12,737 nucleotides of DNA from a virus (IMGVR_UViG_2526164663_000020), one strand, 5' to 3'; counted from the first letter of the stretch, positions 1 to 7,288 are shown. The notes: generated from the letters alone by a model not told the origin. Program-made: numbers and translations.

Positions 1-629
1 CATTCGCTCACTACAGCTTATCCAACCATCCGGAGTTACCGTAGAGTTGCCCGATAGTGCATTCTGCTCCAGTGATGCTTTTACAAACCACGCTGCCTGA
101 ACTATAACGCCATGAATCCAGCGCAAATCAGCATCGCGATCTTTCTTTTTCATCTTTTCGCCACTTAAGGCCTTGCTTATGTGGCTGCGTACCAGGTCTT
201 CATGTAATTCCTTCGCCTCCTCAATGGTGAAACCACCAGGCAGAAGAGCCGGAGTTACCGGAGAGCTGGTTGACGCTTCCGGGATTTTCCGAAAATTATT
301 GGTTGACGAATCTTTATTTTCCCGAAAGTTTCCGGACTGAAGCATGGCTTCGCGGCAATCGTTCCAGCCTGTAGCGTATGCAGCCGCTTTGCTGCTGCCT
401 TCAACTGGCGCATCCTGCCAATACATTTCTTCCGGCACTATCGGCGCTGGAGGGGCGGCAAATAGATATCCGCCAAAGTCAGGAAGCTCTCTAATGGCCT
501 GTACGAATTTTTGTTTGCCTACGTCAACCCCTAATGGGTAATGAGCTATAATCTTTGCCACCGGCTCTGCTTCCAGCGATGCCAGCGCAATCCGTGCCAG
601 CTCTTCCGCTTCTTCTGCTGGAAGCACAA
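1..629 (-). pseudogene. 3' portion of an ea-region gene cut off from its first 25 codons by the IS600 insertion; the open frame runs off the left edge of the window
   Basis: Minus-strand frame open from 629 to position 1 with no stop. It continues the frame of 1893..1968 once 630..1892 is removed (…GSNVV|LPAEEAEELARIALASLEAEPV…). Positions 564..629 are near-identical to 3003..3068 of the intact paralog at 2685..3143. Confidence 0.6.
627..629. repeat. Left 3-bp target-site duplication (CAA) of the IS600 insertion
   Basis: Flank ggaagca-CAA-[IS]-CAA-cgttgctaccc. The uninterrupted paralog at 3061..3080 reads ggaagcaCAAcgttgctaccc, so CAA occurs once there and twice here. Confidence 0.75.
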
Positions 630-656
630 TGAGGTGTACTGGCAATAGCGGACACT
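630..656. repeat. IS600 terminal inverted repeat, left end in window coordinates
   Basis: TGAGGTGTACTGGCAATAGCGGACACT; imperfect inverted match to 1866..1892. Confidence 0.7.
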
Positions 657-671
657 ACCATTTGTTCTTTT

Positions 672-1490
672 TTAAGCAGCCATCTGATGATATTTTTCCC
701 TGAAGGCTGCCGGGGAGATATTCCCCAGACGAGAGTGACGACGCTGACGATTGTAGAAAATCTCAATGTATTCCCGTATTACTGAGATGGCTTCATCCCG
801 GTTATTAAAACGATAGTGGCTCAGGCTCTCATTTTTCAGCGTTCCCCAGAAGCTTTCCATCGGAGCGTTGTCGTAACAGTTACCTTTACGCGACATTGAT
901 GTTTTCAGACCAAACTGCTCCTGTATGACCCGGTAATCGTATGCGCAGTACTGTGAACCTCGATCAGAGTGGTGGATTAGCCCGGCAGGTGGGCGCTGGC
1001 TCCTGAGCGCCATAAACAGAGCTTTACCTGTCAGCTCTTTTGTCATGCGCTCTCCCATGGCGTAGCCGACAATTTCGCACGTATAAACATCTTTGATGCC
1101 AGCGAGGTACAACCATCCCTCCTGTGTGGCAACATACGTCAGGTCCGCCACCCAGACCTGATTTGGTGCTGTAGGAGCGAACGTCTGGTTCAGCAGATTT
1201 GGCGCAACTGGCAGATTGTGGTTCGAGTTCGTAGTCGCTCTGAACTTGCGTTTCTGCTTACAGCGTAGCCTTAGCTCCTTACGAAGACGTGCCAGTCGGT
1301 CACGACCAACGATGATGCCATTCTCTGCCAGCTCCGTCTGGAGCCGCCGGGTTCCATATGTTTCGCGAGTGCGGATATGTGCCACCTTAATCTCCAGTTT
1401 TAGCCGCTCATCACTTTGTTTTCTGTCTGAGGGTTCATGCTGTACCCAGTTGTAATAACCGCTCCTGGATACACCAAATACCTGACACAT
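672..1490 (-). CDS. IS600 orfB, the DDE transposase catalytic portion; probably expressed as an OrfAB fusion by -1 frameshifting rather than from the Met at 1490
   Basis: 272-aa ORF with the IS3-family integrase core (…HSDRGSQYCAYDY…, …SMSRKGNCYDNAPMESFWGTLKNE…). It lies in the -1 frame relative to orfA. An A7 run then G (plus-strand T-run 1571..1577) near the end of orfA gives a slippery A-AAA-AAA-G site. Confidence 0.85.
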   Translation of the reverse strand: MCQVFGVSRSGYYNWVQHEPSDRKQSDERLKLEIKVAHIRTRETYGTRRLQTELAENGIIVGRDRLARLRKELRLRCKQKRKFRATTNSNHNLPVAPNLLNQTFAPTAPNQVWVADLTYVATQEGWLYLAGIKDVYTCEIVGYAMGERMTKELTGKALFMALRSQRPPAGLIHHSDRGSQYCAYDYRVIQEQFGLKTSMSRKGNCYDNAPMESFWGTLKNESLSHYRFNNRDEAISVIREYIEIFYNRQRRHSRLGNISPAAFREKYHQMAA

Positions 1491-1525
1491 CGCTTCAATG
1501 GGAAATTGTTGTCGCCATTGTTCGA

Positions 1526-1828
1526 TTAACGCGTATTTTTCAGCGACTCCTGTGCAAAATACGCTGTTGCTTTTTTTAATATATCTCGCTCAAGGCGAGC
1601 TTCATTTAACGCCTTACGCAGTTGCAGAATTTCAGATTCCAGTTCAGCCACCGTGCGGGAACCAGGAGTACCGAGCCCTTTTCTGGCGGCGGTAACCCAT
1701 TGTCCTAAAGTGCCTTCAGGAAGAGATAATCGGGAAGCGCCTTCACTGATCGAAAGTTGATTTTCAAGAACCGTTCTGACAGCTTCGGCTTTGAACTCTT
1801 TAGAGTAACGTTGGGTTTTTCTGCTCAT
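1526..1828 (-). CDS. IS600 orfA, the HTH DNA-binding component of the transposase
   Basis: 100-aa ORF MSRKTQRYSKEFKAEAVRTV…LERDILKKATAYFAQESLKNTR, with the HTH and leucine-zipper layout typical of IS3-family OrfA. Confidence 0.85.
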   Translation of the reverse strand: MSRKTQRYSKEFKAEAVRTVLENQLSISEGASRLSLPEGTLGQWVTAARKGLGTPGSRTVAELESEILQLRKALNEARLERDILKKATAYFAQESLKNTR

Positions 1829-1865
1829 TATTAGCTCCTTCTGATGCCATTCTATTTCAGGAAGG

Positions 1866-1892
1866 AGTGTCCGTTAAACTCAGGCTACCTCA
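1866..1892. repeat. IS600 terminal inverted repeat, right end in window coordinates
   Basis: …AGTGTCCGTTAAACTCAGGCTACCTCA; ends with CA immediately before the CAA duplication. Confidence 0.7.
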
Positions 1893-1895
1893 CAA
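1893..1895. repeat. Right 3-bp target-site duplication (CAA)
   Basis: See the left duplication at 627..629. Confidence 0.75.
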
Positions 1896-1968
1896 CGTTG
1901 CTACCCGGTCCGTATGTTTCGCGCCAATGCTGGATTGTCAGCAGTCGCTCTTTGGTAATAGTGATCAT
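1893..1968 (-). pseudogene. 5' fragment (first 25 codons) of the IS-disrupted ea-region gene
   Basis: ATG at 1966..1968 overlaps the upstream stop by 4 bp (ATGA). It encodes MITITKERLLTIQHWRETYGPGSNV, near-identical to the N-terminus of the 2685..3143 product (MTTFTKDRLLTIQHWRETYGPGSNVV). Confidence 0.65.
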
Positions 1969-2480
1969 GCCGCGTTTCCTTCTTTCTTATTAACAATTAC
2001 ACCGTCATATATTTCATTAAGGTGCCCTCTCAACTCCATGCGCCTTAATGCAGATAACATGTAATCGCATTCAACCTGCTTATTTCCAGTAAATGGCTTA
2101 TCGTCAGGATTACCCCAACAGCAATTACCCTTGGGCCACCCATGTACTTTCCGTACTCTTCCGTTAACAACGTGAAGTAATCCCCAGCCGGGAGGTAAAT
2201 CCTCAACTGAAATAATTCCCGGCTCACTAATAAAGAATCGCCAGTCGCCCATGCCAAGTGAGGGATTTTTACGGAAACGCTTATTTCTATCTGCCAACAA
2301 GTCAGCACGAGAACACTTCGCCTCTATCAGGCATGATGCTGAATTTCTGAACCCCATAGCATCTGGCTGTTCTCCGGTACTGGTTACAGCTATAAAGCGG
2401 TCATGAAAACAAACCTTGAACCCGTTGCGCTTAAGGAACTTGTACGCAATCTGACAGAGTTCGCGGTGTGTTAACGCCAT
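1965..2480 (-). CDS. Hypothetical phage early protein (171 aa) with a possible PD-(D/E)xK nuclease-like motif
   Basis: Start chosen at ATG 2478..2480, preceded by AAGGAG at a 6-nt spacing; the ORF track starts at an upstream GTG at 2588. Motif …GEQPDAMGF…CLIEAKCS… (PD, then about 13 residues, then E-A-K). The stop overlaps the next ATG (ATGA). Confidence 0.6.
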   Translation of the reverse strand: MALTHRELCQIAYKFLKRNGFKVCFHDRFIAVTSTGEQPDAMGFRNSASCLIEAKCSRADLLADRNKRFRKNPSLGMGDWRFFISEPGIISVEDLPPGWGLLHVVNGRVRKVHGWPKGNCCWGNPDDKPFTGNKQVECDYMLSALRRMELRGHLNEIYDGVIVNKKEGNAA

Positions 2481-2481
2481 A

Positions 2482-2679
2482 TCACTCTCCTTTAGTGCGC
2501 AAATGTTTTTTCCAGCGGTTTTGCGCCGCGCTGCGCTTATCTTTGACTCCCTCTCTGGCAATTCCAGAAAATGAGAACAACACCACACGGCGATTGCTAA
2601 CTCTCAACCACTGGCTGGGGTAGCAAAGTCTGTATACACGGGAAATTAGCATCTTGGCTTTACGATTGTTGGTTGCCAT
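2482..2679 (-). CDS. Small basic hypothetical protein (about 65 aa); start uncertain
   Basis: Minus-strand ORF between two tightly spaced genes, stop 1 nt before the next start. ATG at 2677..2679 follows AAGGA at about 8 nt. An alternative ATG at 2686..2688 overlaps the upstream stop (ATGA). Arg/Lys-rich. Confidence 0.35.
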   Translation of the reverse strand: MATNNRKAKMLISRVYRLCYPSQWLRVSNRRVVLFSFSGIAREGVKDKRSAAQNRWKKHLRTKGE

Positions 2680-2684
2680 ATCGT

Positions 2685-3143
2685 TCATCCTTTGATGTCT
2701 GTATTTACAGCCTGGCAAGCCTCTTCGAGCACCCAGTCAACAGCGTCTTTCCACGCACCAGTCCCAACTGGCGGATTCTCATTTTTTACCTGCTCATAAA
2801 AACGCACCGCTTTAACCAGTCCTTCAGGCACTACCGGCGCTGGTAAGGCAGCGTGACAGTAGAGTGGCATAGTTTTGTACAGTGGTTCGCCAGGACTTCC
2901 GTCAACCTGATTCCATTCTTCAACCCAGGCATCAACAACCGCTTTGCTGGTTGATACATGTTCTTCTGAATCTACATTTTGTCCTGATATACAGAACATA
3001 ACTGGCTCTGCTGCCAGTGATGCCAGCGCAATCCGTGCCAGCTCTTCCGCTTCTTCTGCTGGAAGCACAACGTTGCTACCCGGTCCGTATGTTTCGCGCC
3101 AATGCTGGATTGTCAGCAGTCGATCTTTGGTAAAAGTGGTCAT
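2685..3143 (-). CDS. Hypothetical ea-region protein (152 aa); intact paralog of the IS-disrupted gene
   Basis: ORF MTTFTKDRLLTIQHWRETYGPGSNVVLPAEEAEELARIALASLAAEP…; its first ~47 codons are near-identical to 1893..1968 plus 564..629, after which the two diverge. Confidence 0.7.
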   Translation of the reverse strand: MTTFTKDRLLTIQHWRETYGPGSNVVLPAEEAEELARIALASLAAEPVMFCISGQNVDSEEHVSTSKAVVDAWVEEWNQVDGSPGEPLYKTMPLYCHAALPAPVVPEGLVKAVRFYEQVKNENPPVGTGAWKDAVDWVLEEACQAVNTDIKG

Positions 3144-3145
3144 AG

Positions 3146-3337
3146 CTATTTCACCTTAATCTCAACATTTCGCAGCTTTAGCTCTACTGGCAGGTCTGAC
3201 TTTCCTGTTAATGCTAATGCGAGATTTTCTGGAGTAGTGAGAACAGTTATTGTTTTCCCCCTCGCCAGACGAATAATCATGTGTATCTCGCTATCGTCAC
3301 ATGCTCCTGGTCGAACAATTGAGATTTGTCCGTTCAT
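3146..3337 (-). CDS. Small hypothetical phage protein (63 aa)
   Basis: Internal ATG at 3335..3337 (MNGQISIVRPG…) lies 1 nt after the upstream gene's stop at 3339; its own stop is 2 nt before the next gene. The ORF track's 77-aa form would overlap the upstream gene. Confidence 0.5.
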   Translation of the reverse strand: MNGQISIVRPGACDDSEIHMIIRLARGKTITVLTTPENLALALTGKSDLPVELKLRNVEIKVK

Positions 3338-3338
3338 C

Positions 3339-3539
3339 TCACTCTCCTTTGATGCGAATGCCAGTAGCGCGGATTGCATCGATGACTTCAGAAACTTTGT
3401 ATGCCATTACCGTTTGGTAATCATCGTGAAAATCTGTTCGATGAAGCATGCTGCTACGTTCCGGGAGCAGTATTTCCCGCGCTTCCAGTTCTGCAATGCG
3501 CTTTTTTGCTGCTTCCAGTTCATCCAGTAATTCCAGCAC
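3339..3539 (-). CDS. Small hypothetical protein (66 aa), coiled-coil-like
   Basis: GTG start at 3537..3539; sequence LELLDELEAAKKRIAELEAREILL… The overlapping alternative-frame ORF 3407..3622 is Arg/Trp/Cys-rich and judged spurious. Confidence 0.5.
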   Translation of the reverse strand: MLELLDELEAAKKRIAELEAREILLPERSSMLHRTDFHDDYQTVMAYKVSEVIDAIRATGIRIKGE

Positions 3540-3667
3540 GGTAGCCGGATTAGCCTTGGCAACAAAATCCCGGACTGGCTTACAATCAATCTCCGCAATG
3601 GGTTGATACGATGTGTAGCCATGCTGTCTTGTATAACTACCGTGACGAATAACGAAAAATCACCATT

Positions 3668-3745
3668 TATTTTTTAGCCTGCCACTTATCTTCACCGGCT
3701 TTCTCTGCCGCTTCACGCAGTGCCTGATAGTCAATCTTGCTCACT
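3668..3745 (-). CDS. Possible micro-ORF (about 25 aa) translationally coupled to the upstream gene
   Basis: GTG at 3743..3745 overlaps the upstream TGA stop (GTGA) and is preceded by GGAGG at a 6-nt spacing; encodes [25 protein letters not shown]. Coordinates approximate. Confidence 0.25.
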
Positions 3746-4370
3746 GGTTGCCTCCTTTGCGAAGCCGTTCCGCCCATTCTTCAAGGGATTTCTCTGCATA
3801 TTCACCGGACAGGCCATCAATCGGATGCGATTCATTAGCTAACTCTTCTTTTGCTGACAGAATCATGCGCGTAACGTCGAAAACTTCACGTAAAGACTTA
3901 TTGATAAATCCGTGGTTGAAAGCAGCAGCAAGACGGCTTGCGGTATAGTTAATCCCCTCGTTGCGAGCCTCCGCACGAATTTCAGCCAGAAAAGCATCGG
4001 TGGCTGGCATATTTCCTGTTGCCTTCATGGCCTCCAAAATAACCAGAACGCCATCTCGCCCAACCACCTCAGCGATAACCTCGGTGTTGTCGCCAACAAC
4101 ATCGCATAATGCCTGAACTGCCTTACGAGCCAGCTCATTCTCCGCCGCAAGCGCCGAAAACTTCTCGTGTGCCAACTTAACAGCCGAATCAGCCTGCTTA
4201 ATTGACTCAATCGCTTTCTGCTGGTCTTCGGACAGAGCCGAAATCTTGGCCTCCGCTTCAGCAAATTTACGCACAAGATATTCAGCGTTTGTTTCGTTAA
4301 CCTTTAAATCACATGGGATGCATTTACCTTTCAGAAATCCATCCATCTCAATTAGTGTCATTTGTTTCAT
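3741..4370 (-). CDS. Hypothetical phage early protein (about 209 aa)
   Basis: Long minus-strand ORF. The preferred start, ATG 4368..4370 ([12 protein letters not shown]…), overlaps the upstream stop (ATGA); the ORF track starts at GTG 4388. Confidence 0.65.
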   Translation of the reverse strand: MKQMTLIEMDGFLKGKCIPCDLKVNETNAEYLVRKFAEAEAKISALSEDQQKAIESIKQADSAVKLAHEKFSALAAENELARKAVQALCDVVGDNTEVIAEVVGRDGVLVILEAMKATGNMPATDAFLAEIRAEARNEGINYTASRLAAAFNHGFINKSLREVFDVTRMILSAKEELANESHPIDGLSGEYAEKSLEEWAERLRKGGNQ

Positions 4371-4531
4371 TTCTTCCCACTCCGCCACATCGCATTCAGA
4401 TATTTGTTATCATTAACAGAGCAGAAACTCTTTCGCTTAAGCAATTCCTCTCTCGATGGCATTGGCTTTACGCGTTGGCGAATAATCATTTCTGCCGGAA
4501 GAATGCCGGGATTGTATGCAAGTCCTCTCAT
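4367..4531 (-). CDS. Small hypothetical protein (54 aa)
   Basis: ATG at 4529..4531 lies 10 nt after the upstream stop at 4542, with GAGG upstream; its stop overlaps the next start. Confidence 0.45.
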   Translation of the reverse strand: MRGLAYNPGILPAEMIIRQRVKPMPSREELLKRKSFCSVNDNKYLNAMWRSGKK

Positions 4532-4541
4532 GGTAAATTCC

Positions 4542-4838
4542 TCAGTTATTACTGATAGCGCCATAGCGTGAGCGGTAATTACGCAGGCGCGGGTCGATAT
4601 ATTCAGGGAATTTGTCTATTGTCGCTTTTCGCAACGGTCTCATTGCTGTTTCGTTTGTTCGGTCCTTCTCCTGTTTTAGCGCGAGTTGTATATCGCGTCG
4701 GTACATCCGTTCTGCTTTTGTTTCTGGTGTCAGAGCAAGAAACGCGTCGAAATTGTTTTTGATATTTCCCAGCACCTCCGCCTTGGAGCTACCGGAGCAG
4801 TTGCGCGGGTCATCCGCACCATACAGAGGCGCTGGCAT
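4542..4838 (-). CDS. Hypothetical protein (98 aa)
   Basis: Minus-strand ORF immediately downstream of the SSB-like gene, 23-nt gap. Confidence 0.55.
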   Translation of the reverse strand: MPAPLYGADDPRNCSGSSKAEVLGNIKNNFDAFLALTPETKAERMYRRDIQLALKQEKDRTNETAMRPLRKATIDKFPEYIDPRLRNYRSRYGAISNN

Positions 4839-4861
4839 AATGGGAGCCTTATTTTCAGTAA

Positions 4862-5449
4862 TCAGAAAGGAGGGTAATCGTTCTGGCTGTAACCATAATC
4901 ATCTGCATGATTATGGCTTACGTTTTTAGAGCGATTGTCTTTATCTTTGAGGCTGGCAACCATGTTGGCGATAGTTTCTGGTTGCTTGCCTTCTGCCTTT
5001 TCTTTAAGGGTTTGACCTGTTTGTGCAATAAACGGGATGCGTATTTCCATCTGGTAGCTGTCTGCGCCAGTCTTTTTGTTTGTGGTTAATACTTTCTGGA
5101 GCACTAACCCGATTTTCTTTCCATGAAATTCAGGTGCAACAAATTTACTGGCGGAAACCATATGTTGCGTTAATTGTCCAATCCCGGCACACCCCATCAT
5201 GGCGTGAACGACATTTGCGCCAAATTTGTTTTCCGTGCCGTCATTTTTCTGAACACAGACGCTAAGATACTGGATTTTACGTCCGTCGTCGGATTCTCCA
5301 GAAAACTCAATAAATTTGGCTCCTTTTTCTGATTGCTTGAGTTCTGCTTCAGTAATGGTAATTATGTAAGCGCCAGTTTCGTTAATAAAACCACCTTGCC
5401 CTGCGGTCAGTGCTGCTTCTTCGTTATAAGTAAAAATTACGTTGCTCAT
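4862..5449 (-). CDS. Sak4-associated single-strand-DNA-binding-like protein (putative; DUF669-like is my recollection)
   Basis: 195-aa ORF whose ATG overlaps the Sak4 stop by 4 bp (5446..5449). The position immediately downstream of a Sak4-type ATPase is typical of the cognate SSB partner. No canonical SSB motif recognised by eye. Confidence 0.55.
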   Translation of the reverse strand: MSNVIFTYNEEAALTAGQGGFINETGAYIITITEAELKQSEKGAKFIEFSGESDDGRKIQYLSVCVQKNDGTENKFGANVVHAMMGCAGIGQLTQHMVSASKFVAPEFHGKKIGLVLQKVLTTNKKTGADSYQMEIRIPFIAQTGQTLKEKAEGKQPETIANMVASLKDKDNRSKNVSHNHADDYGYSQNDYPPF

Positions 5450-6126
5450 GCGGCGTTTTCCTTAATTTGATGAACATTATTGATGCCGTAGTAATCACAA
5501 ACAGTGGCATCGACGAAAGAGAGATCGTTATCAATCTCATTGGAATCAAACATTCCCATTGGGGATTTAACAGTGTCTGCACCGTTGTTTTTCGTGGTGA
5601 AAAAGAACTGGTCATCGCGGGTAAGAGTGCGAAGAACTATAGTAAACATGCCTTCGACAGTGATTTTCTCGTCCAGCATTTTGCCGATAGTCTTCATTTT
5701 CACGCGCCCCATAGGGGTTTCTTCGGTGTGCGCAAGAAAATAGACTCTCAGGTCATCAGGCGCATCCTGTGCAGCCTTAATGACCTCCCATGCGTGGCGG
5801 CCTATCTCAGTAAATTTATCAAACGATTTTTCTTCTGAGCGGCGCATAAACTCATTGCTCATCACATACTGGAAGTCATCAACAATAACGATTCTTTTTC
5901 CGTATTCGTGAGCACGCTTAATTACAGCAACTATTACGTCCCATTTGTCAGTGGTAACTACGGTTCCTTTTTTTGCTCTGGCATCCCATGCAAGCCAGTT
6001 TTTTGATTTAAATGGTAGCGGCTTGCCTATTGGTTTTATAAGTATTGCTTCCTCTGGATTGATATTTCTCATGCTGGTTGATTTTCCGGTGCCAGACTCA
6101 CCGAGTATTAATATCGCAGTTCCCAT
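5446..6126 (-). CDS. Sak4-like core-only RecA-family recombination ATPase
   Basis: 226-aa ORF with an N-terminal Walker A (ILILGESGTGKST) and a Walker B-like hydrophobic stretch ending in DD (RIVIVDDFQ). Size and position between kil/cIII and the ea genes are those of a lambdoid recombination module. Confidence 0.7.
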   Translation of the reverse strand: MGTAILILGESGTGKSTSMRNINPEEAILIKPIGKPLPFKSKNWLAWDARAKKGTVVTTDKWDVIVAVIKRAHEYGKRIVIVDDFQYVMSNEFMRRSEEKSFDKFTEIGRHAWEVIKAAQDAPDDLRVYFLAHTEETPMGRVKMKTIGKMLDEKITVEGMFTIVLRTLTRDDQFFFTTKNNGADTVKSPMGMFDSNEIDNDLSFVDATVCDYYGINNVHQIKENAA

Positions 6127-6134
6127 AATTCACC

Positions 6135-6323
6135 TCAGAATGGTAATTCGGATGGGGAGGAAAGAAATTCGCGCTCATTCATGCGCTCTCTTTGTGCCTG
6201 CCATAAGCAAAGTTGTTTCTTTGATTTATCTCCCGCTTTACGCCAGTAACGAGCCTCAGCAATGTGATACTCTCTTTTTAATCGACTTAACTCTGGGGTT
6301 TTCGCCAGTTCTACCGGAATCAT
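6135..6323 (-). CDS. Small hypothetical protein (62 aa) in the position where lambda carries gam
   Basis: ATG at 6321..6323 overlaps the kil stop (ATGA); its stop lies 8 nt before the Sak4 start. The ORF track's 66-aa form starts 12 nt upstream. Confidence 0.5.
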   Translation of the reverse strand: MIPVELAKTPELSRLKREYHIAEARYWRKAGDKSKKQLCLWQAQRERMNEREFLSSPSELPF

Positions 6324-6433
6324 TTTGACCTCCATTTTCTGTAGGCTTCTACGGCTTCACGAAACATCTTTTCATCGCCAATAAAAGTGGCGATAGTGAA
6401 TTTAGTCTGGATAGCCATAAGTGTTTTATCCAT
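6320..6433 (-). CDS. kil: Kil-like host cell-division inhibitor
   Basis: MDKTLMAIQTKFTIATFIGDEKMFREAVEAYRKWRSK closely matches my recollection of lambda Kil (MDQTLMAIQTKFTIATFIGDEKMFREAV…). AGGAG lies 9 nt upstream of the ATG at 6431..6433. Confidence 0.8.
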   Translation of the reverse strand: MDKTLMAIQTKFTIATFIGDEKMFREAVEAYRKWRSK

Positions 6434-6566
6434 TTTTGGGAACTCCTGGCTGATTAAGTACGTCGATGAGTCGCTTCCATCCGTCACGTAATTTACGGGT
6501 GATTCGTTCAAGTAAAGATTCGGAAGGGCAGCCAGCAACAGGCCACCCTGCAATGGCATATTGCAT
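6426..6566 (-). CDS. cIII: CIII (FtsH/HflB inhibitor that stabilises CII)
   Basis: MQYAIAGWPVAGCPSESLLERITRKLRDGWKRLIDVLNQPGVPKNG is near-identical to the lambda CIII N-terminal 46 residues. AGGAG lies 7 nt upstream of the ATG at 6564..6566. It is 46 aa here against 54 aa in lambda as I recall it. Confidence 0.9.
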   Translation of the reverse strand: MQYAIAGWPVAGCPSESLLERITRKLRDGWKRLIDVLNQPGVPKNG

Positions 6567-6586
6567 GGTGTGCTCCTTATTTATAC

Positions 6587-6655
6587 ATAACGAAAAACGC
6601 CTCGAGTGAAGCGTTATTGGTATGCATATAAAAAGGCCCTCACGCACTGGAGGGC
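6587..6655 (-). terminator. Tandem intrinsic terminators on the minus strand (tL-like) between the orphan gene and cIII
   Basis: Minus-strand RNA: GCCCUC-cagugcgu-GAGGGC followed by CUUUUUAUA (stem 6636..6641 with 6650..6655, U-run 6626..6635). Then a weaker AACGC-N10-GCGUU followed by UUUCGUU (6596..6615, U-rich 6587..6595). Confidence 0.6.
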
Positions 6656-6759
6656 AAAGAAGATTTCCAATAATCAGAACAAGTCGGCTCCTGTTTAGTT
6701 ACGAGCGACATTGCTCCGTGTATTCACTCGTTGGAATGAATACACAGTGCTTATTCGTA

Positions 6760-7230
6760 CTAATAAAATACCCAATTTTCTGTTTCTTGGTTGTGTCCAA
6801 AGTTATATTCAATATCTGGTGTTGATGTATCAATATTTTTCATCCCATCAACAAGAGTTGATACAACAGCCAAATCTTGTTTTATTCTCATTAAATGGTA
6901 TTTCTTCCGGCGCAATAAACTTTCAATAGCAAGTTTCTTCGTTGGGAATGCAAAAGATCTTTCTGCATTTTTTGCTACTTTCTTAATTGCATATCTATTT
7001 CTCCTTTGTTTCCATTCCTGTAACCACTGATTTGGTGCTGGTTTAAAATTAACAATCCAATGCGCAGGAACCAACCATGCATAATGCTCTGTCTGATGAA
7101 AAGCTATATATTGAAGTGCGAATATTTTTATCCCATCTTCTTCAACTGTCGCCTGGAATCTCCAGAAAACAGGCATTCCATCATGTTCAGTTTCTGATTC
7201 AGGAAAAGGTACGCTCCATGATTTTGTCAT
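6760..7230 (-). CDS. Orphan hypothetical protein (156 aa) in an AT-rich island immediately downstream of N
   Basis: Minus-strand ORF with GAGGTG at a good spacing before the ATG at 7228..7230. Visibly more AT-rich than its flanks. No family recognised. Confidence 0.6.
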   Translation of the reverse strand: MTKSWSVPFPESETEHDGMPVFWRFQATVEEDGIKIFALQYIAFHQTEHYAWLVPAHWIVNFKPAPNQWLQEWKQRRNRYAIKKVAKNAERSFAFPTKKLAIESLLRRKKYHLMRIKQDLAVVSTLVDGMKNIDTSTPDIEYNFGHNQETENWVFY

Positions 7231-7288
7231 ATCTCACCTCAAATAAGTGGTTTGCTGCCTAATTTCATTTTCTGGCGACCAACACAAG

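Larger units (their letters stand above)
630..1892 (-). mobile_element. IS600: IS3-family insertion sequence, most likely IS600 (1263 bp, orfA plus orfB, imperfect terminal inverted repeats, 5'-TG…CA-3' ends)
   Basis: Ends: TGAGGTGTACTGGCAATAGCGGACACT at 630.. and the reverse complement of 1866..1892, TGAGGTAGCCTGAGTTTAACGGACACT (about 19/27 matches). Contains a 100-aa OrfA and a 272-aa OrfB in the -1 frame, matching my recollection of the IS600 11-kDa and 31-kDa proteins. Flanked by a 3-bp direct repeat and interrupts an otherwise continuous gene. Confidence 0.85.

Noticed and set aside
344-766. ORFs 344..541 (plus) and 524..766 (minus)
   Set aside because: The first is antisense to the open frame of the disrupted gene. 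The second spans the junction between the IS and its flank, so it is a fusion artefact of the insertion.
1216-1695. Plus-strand ORFs 1216..1455 and 1498..1695 inside the IS element
   Set aside because: Antisense to orfB and orfA of the IS; a full IS3-family coding layout already explains this DNA.
2045-2308. Minus-strand ORF 2045..2308 (87 aa)
   Set aside because: Alternative frame entirely inside the better-supported 1965..2480 gene, with no independent start signals.
2944-3530. Plus-strand ORFs 2944..3159 and 3102..3530
   Set aside because: Antisense to a run of tightly coupled minus-strand genes; Ser/Cys-rich low-complexity translation; no RBS.
3407-3622. Minus-strand ORF 3407..3622 (71 aa)
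   Set aside because: Overlaps 3339..3539 in another frame. Its Arg/Trp/Cys-rich product looks non-protein-like, whereas the 3339..3539 product is coiled-coil-like.
3748-4276. ORFs 3748..3948 (plus), 3912..4109 (plus) and 4025..4276 (minus)
   Set aside because: Antisense or alternative-frame ORFs within the 3741..4370 gene.
4313-4929. Plus-strand ORFs 4313..4555, 4362..4571, 4568..4762, 4612..4929 and 4686..4877
   Set aside because: Antisense to the minus-strand genes at 4367..4838; overlapping one another in several frames; no start signals.
4907-6328. Plus-strand ORFs 4907..5089, 5080..5265, 5467..5838, 5504..5743 and 5945..6328, and minus-strand 5424..5615
   Set aside because: Antisense or alternative-frame to the Sak4 and SSB-like genes, whose motifs and translational coupling make them the real coding frames.
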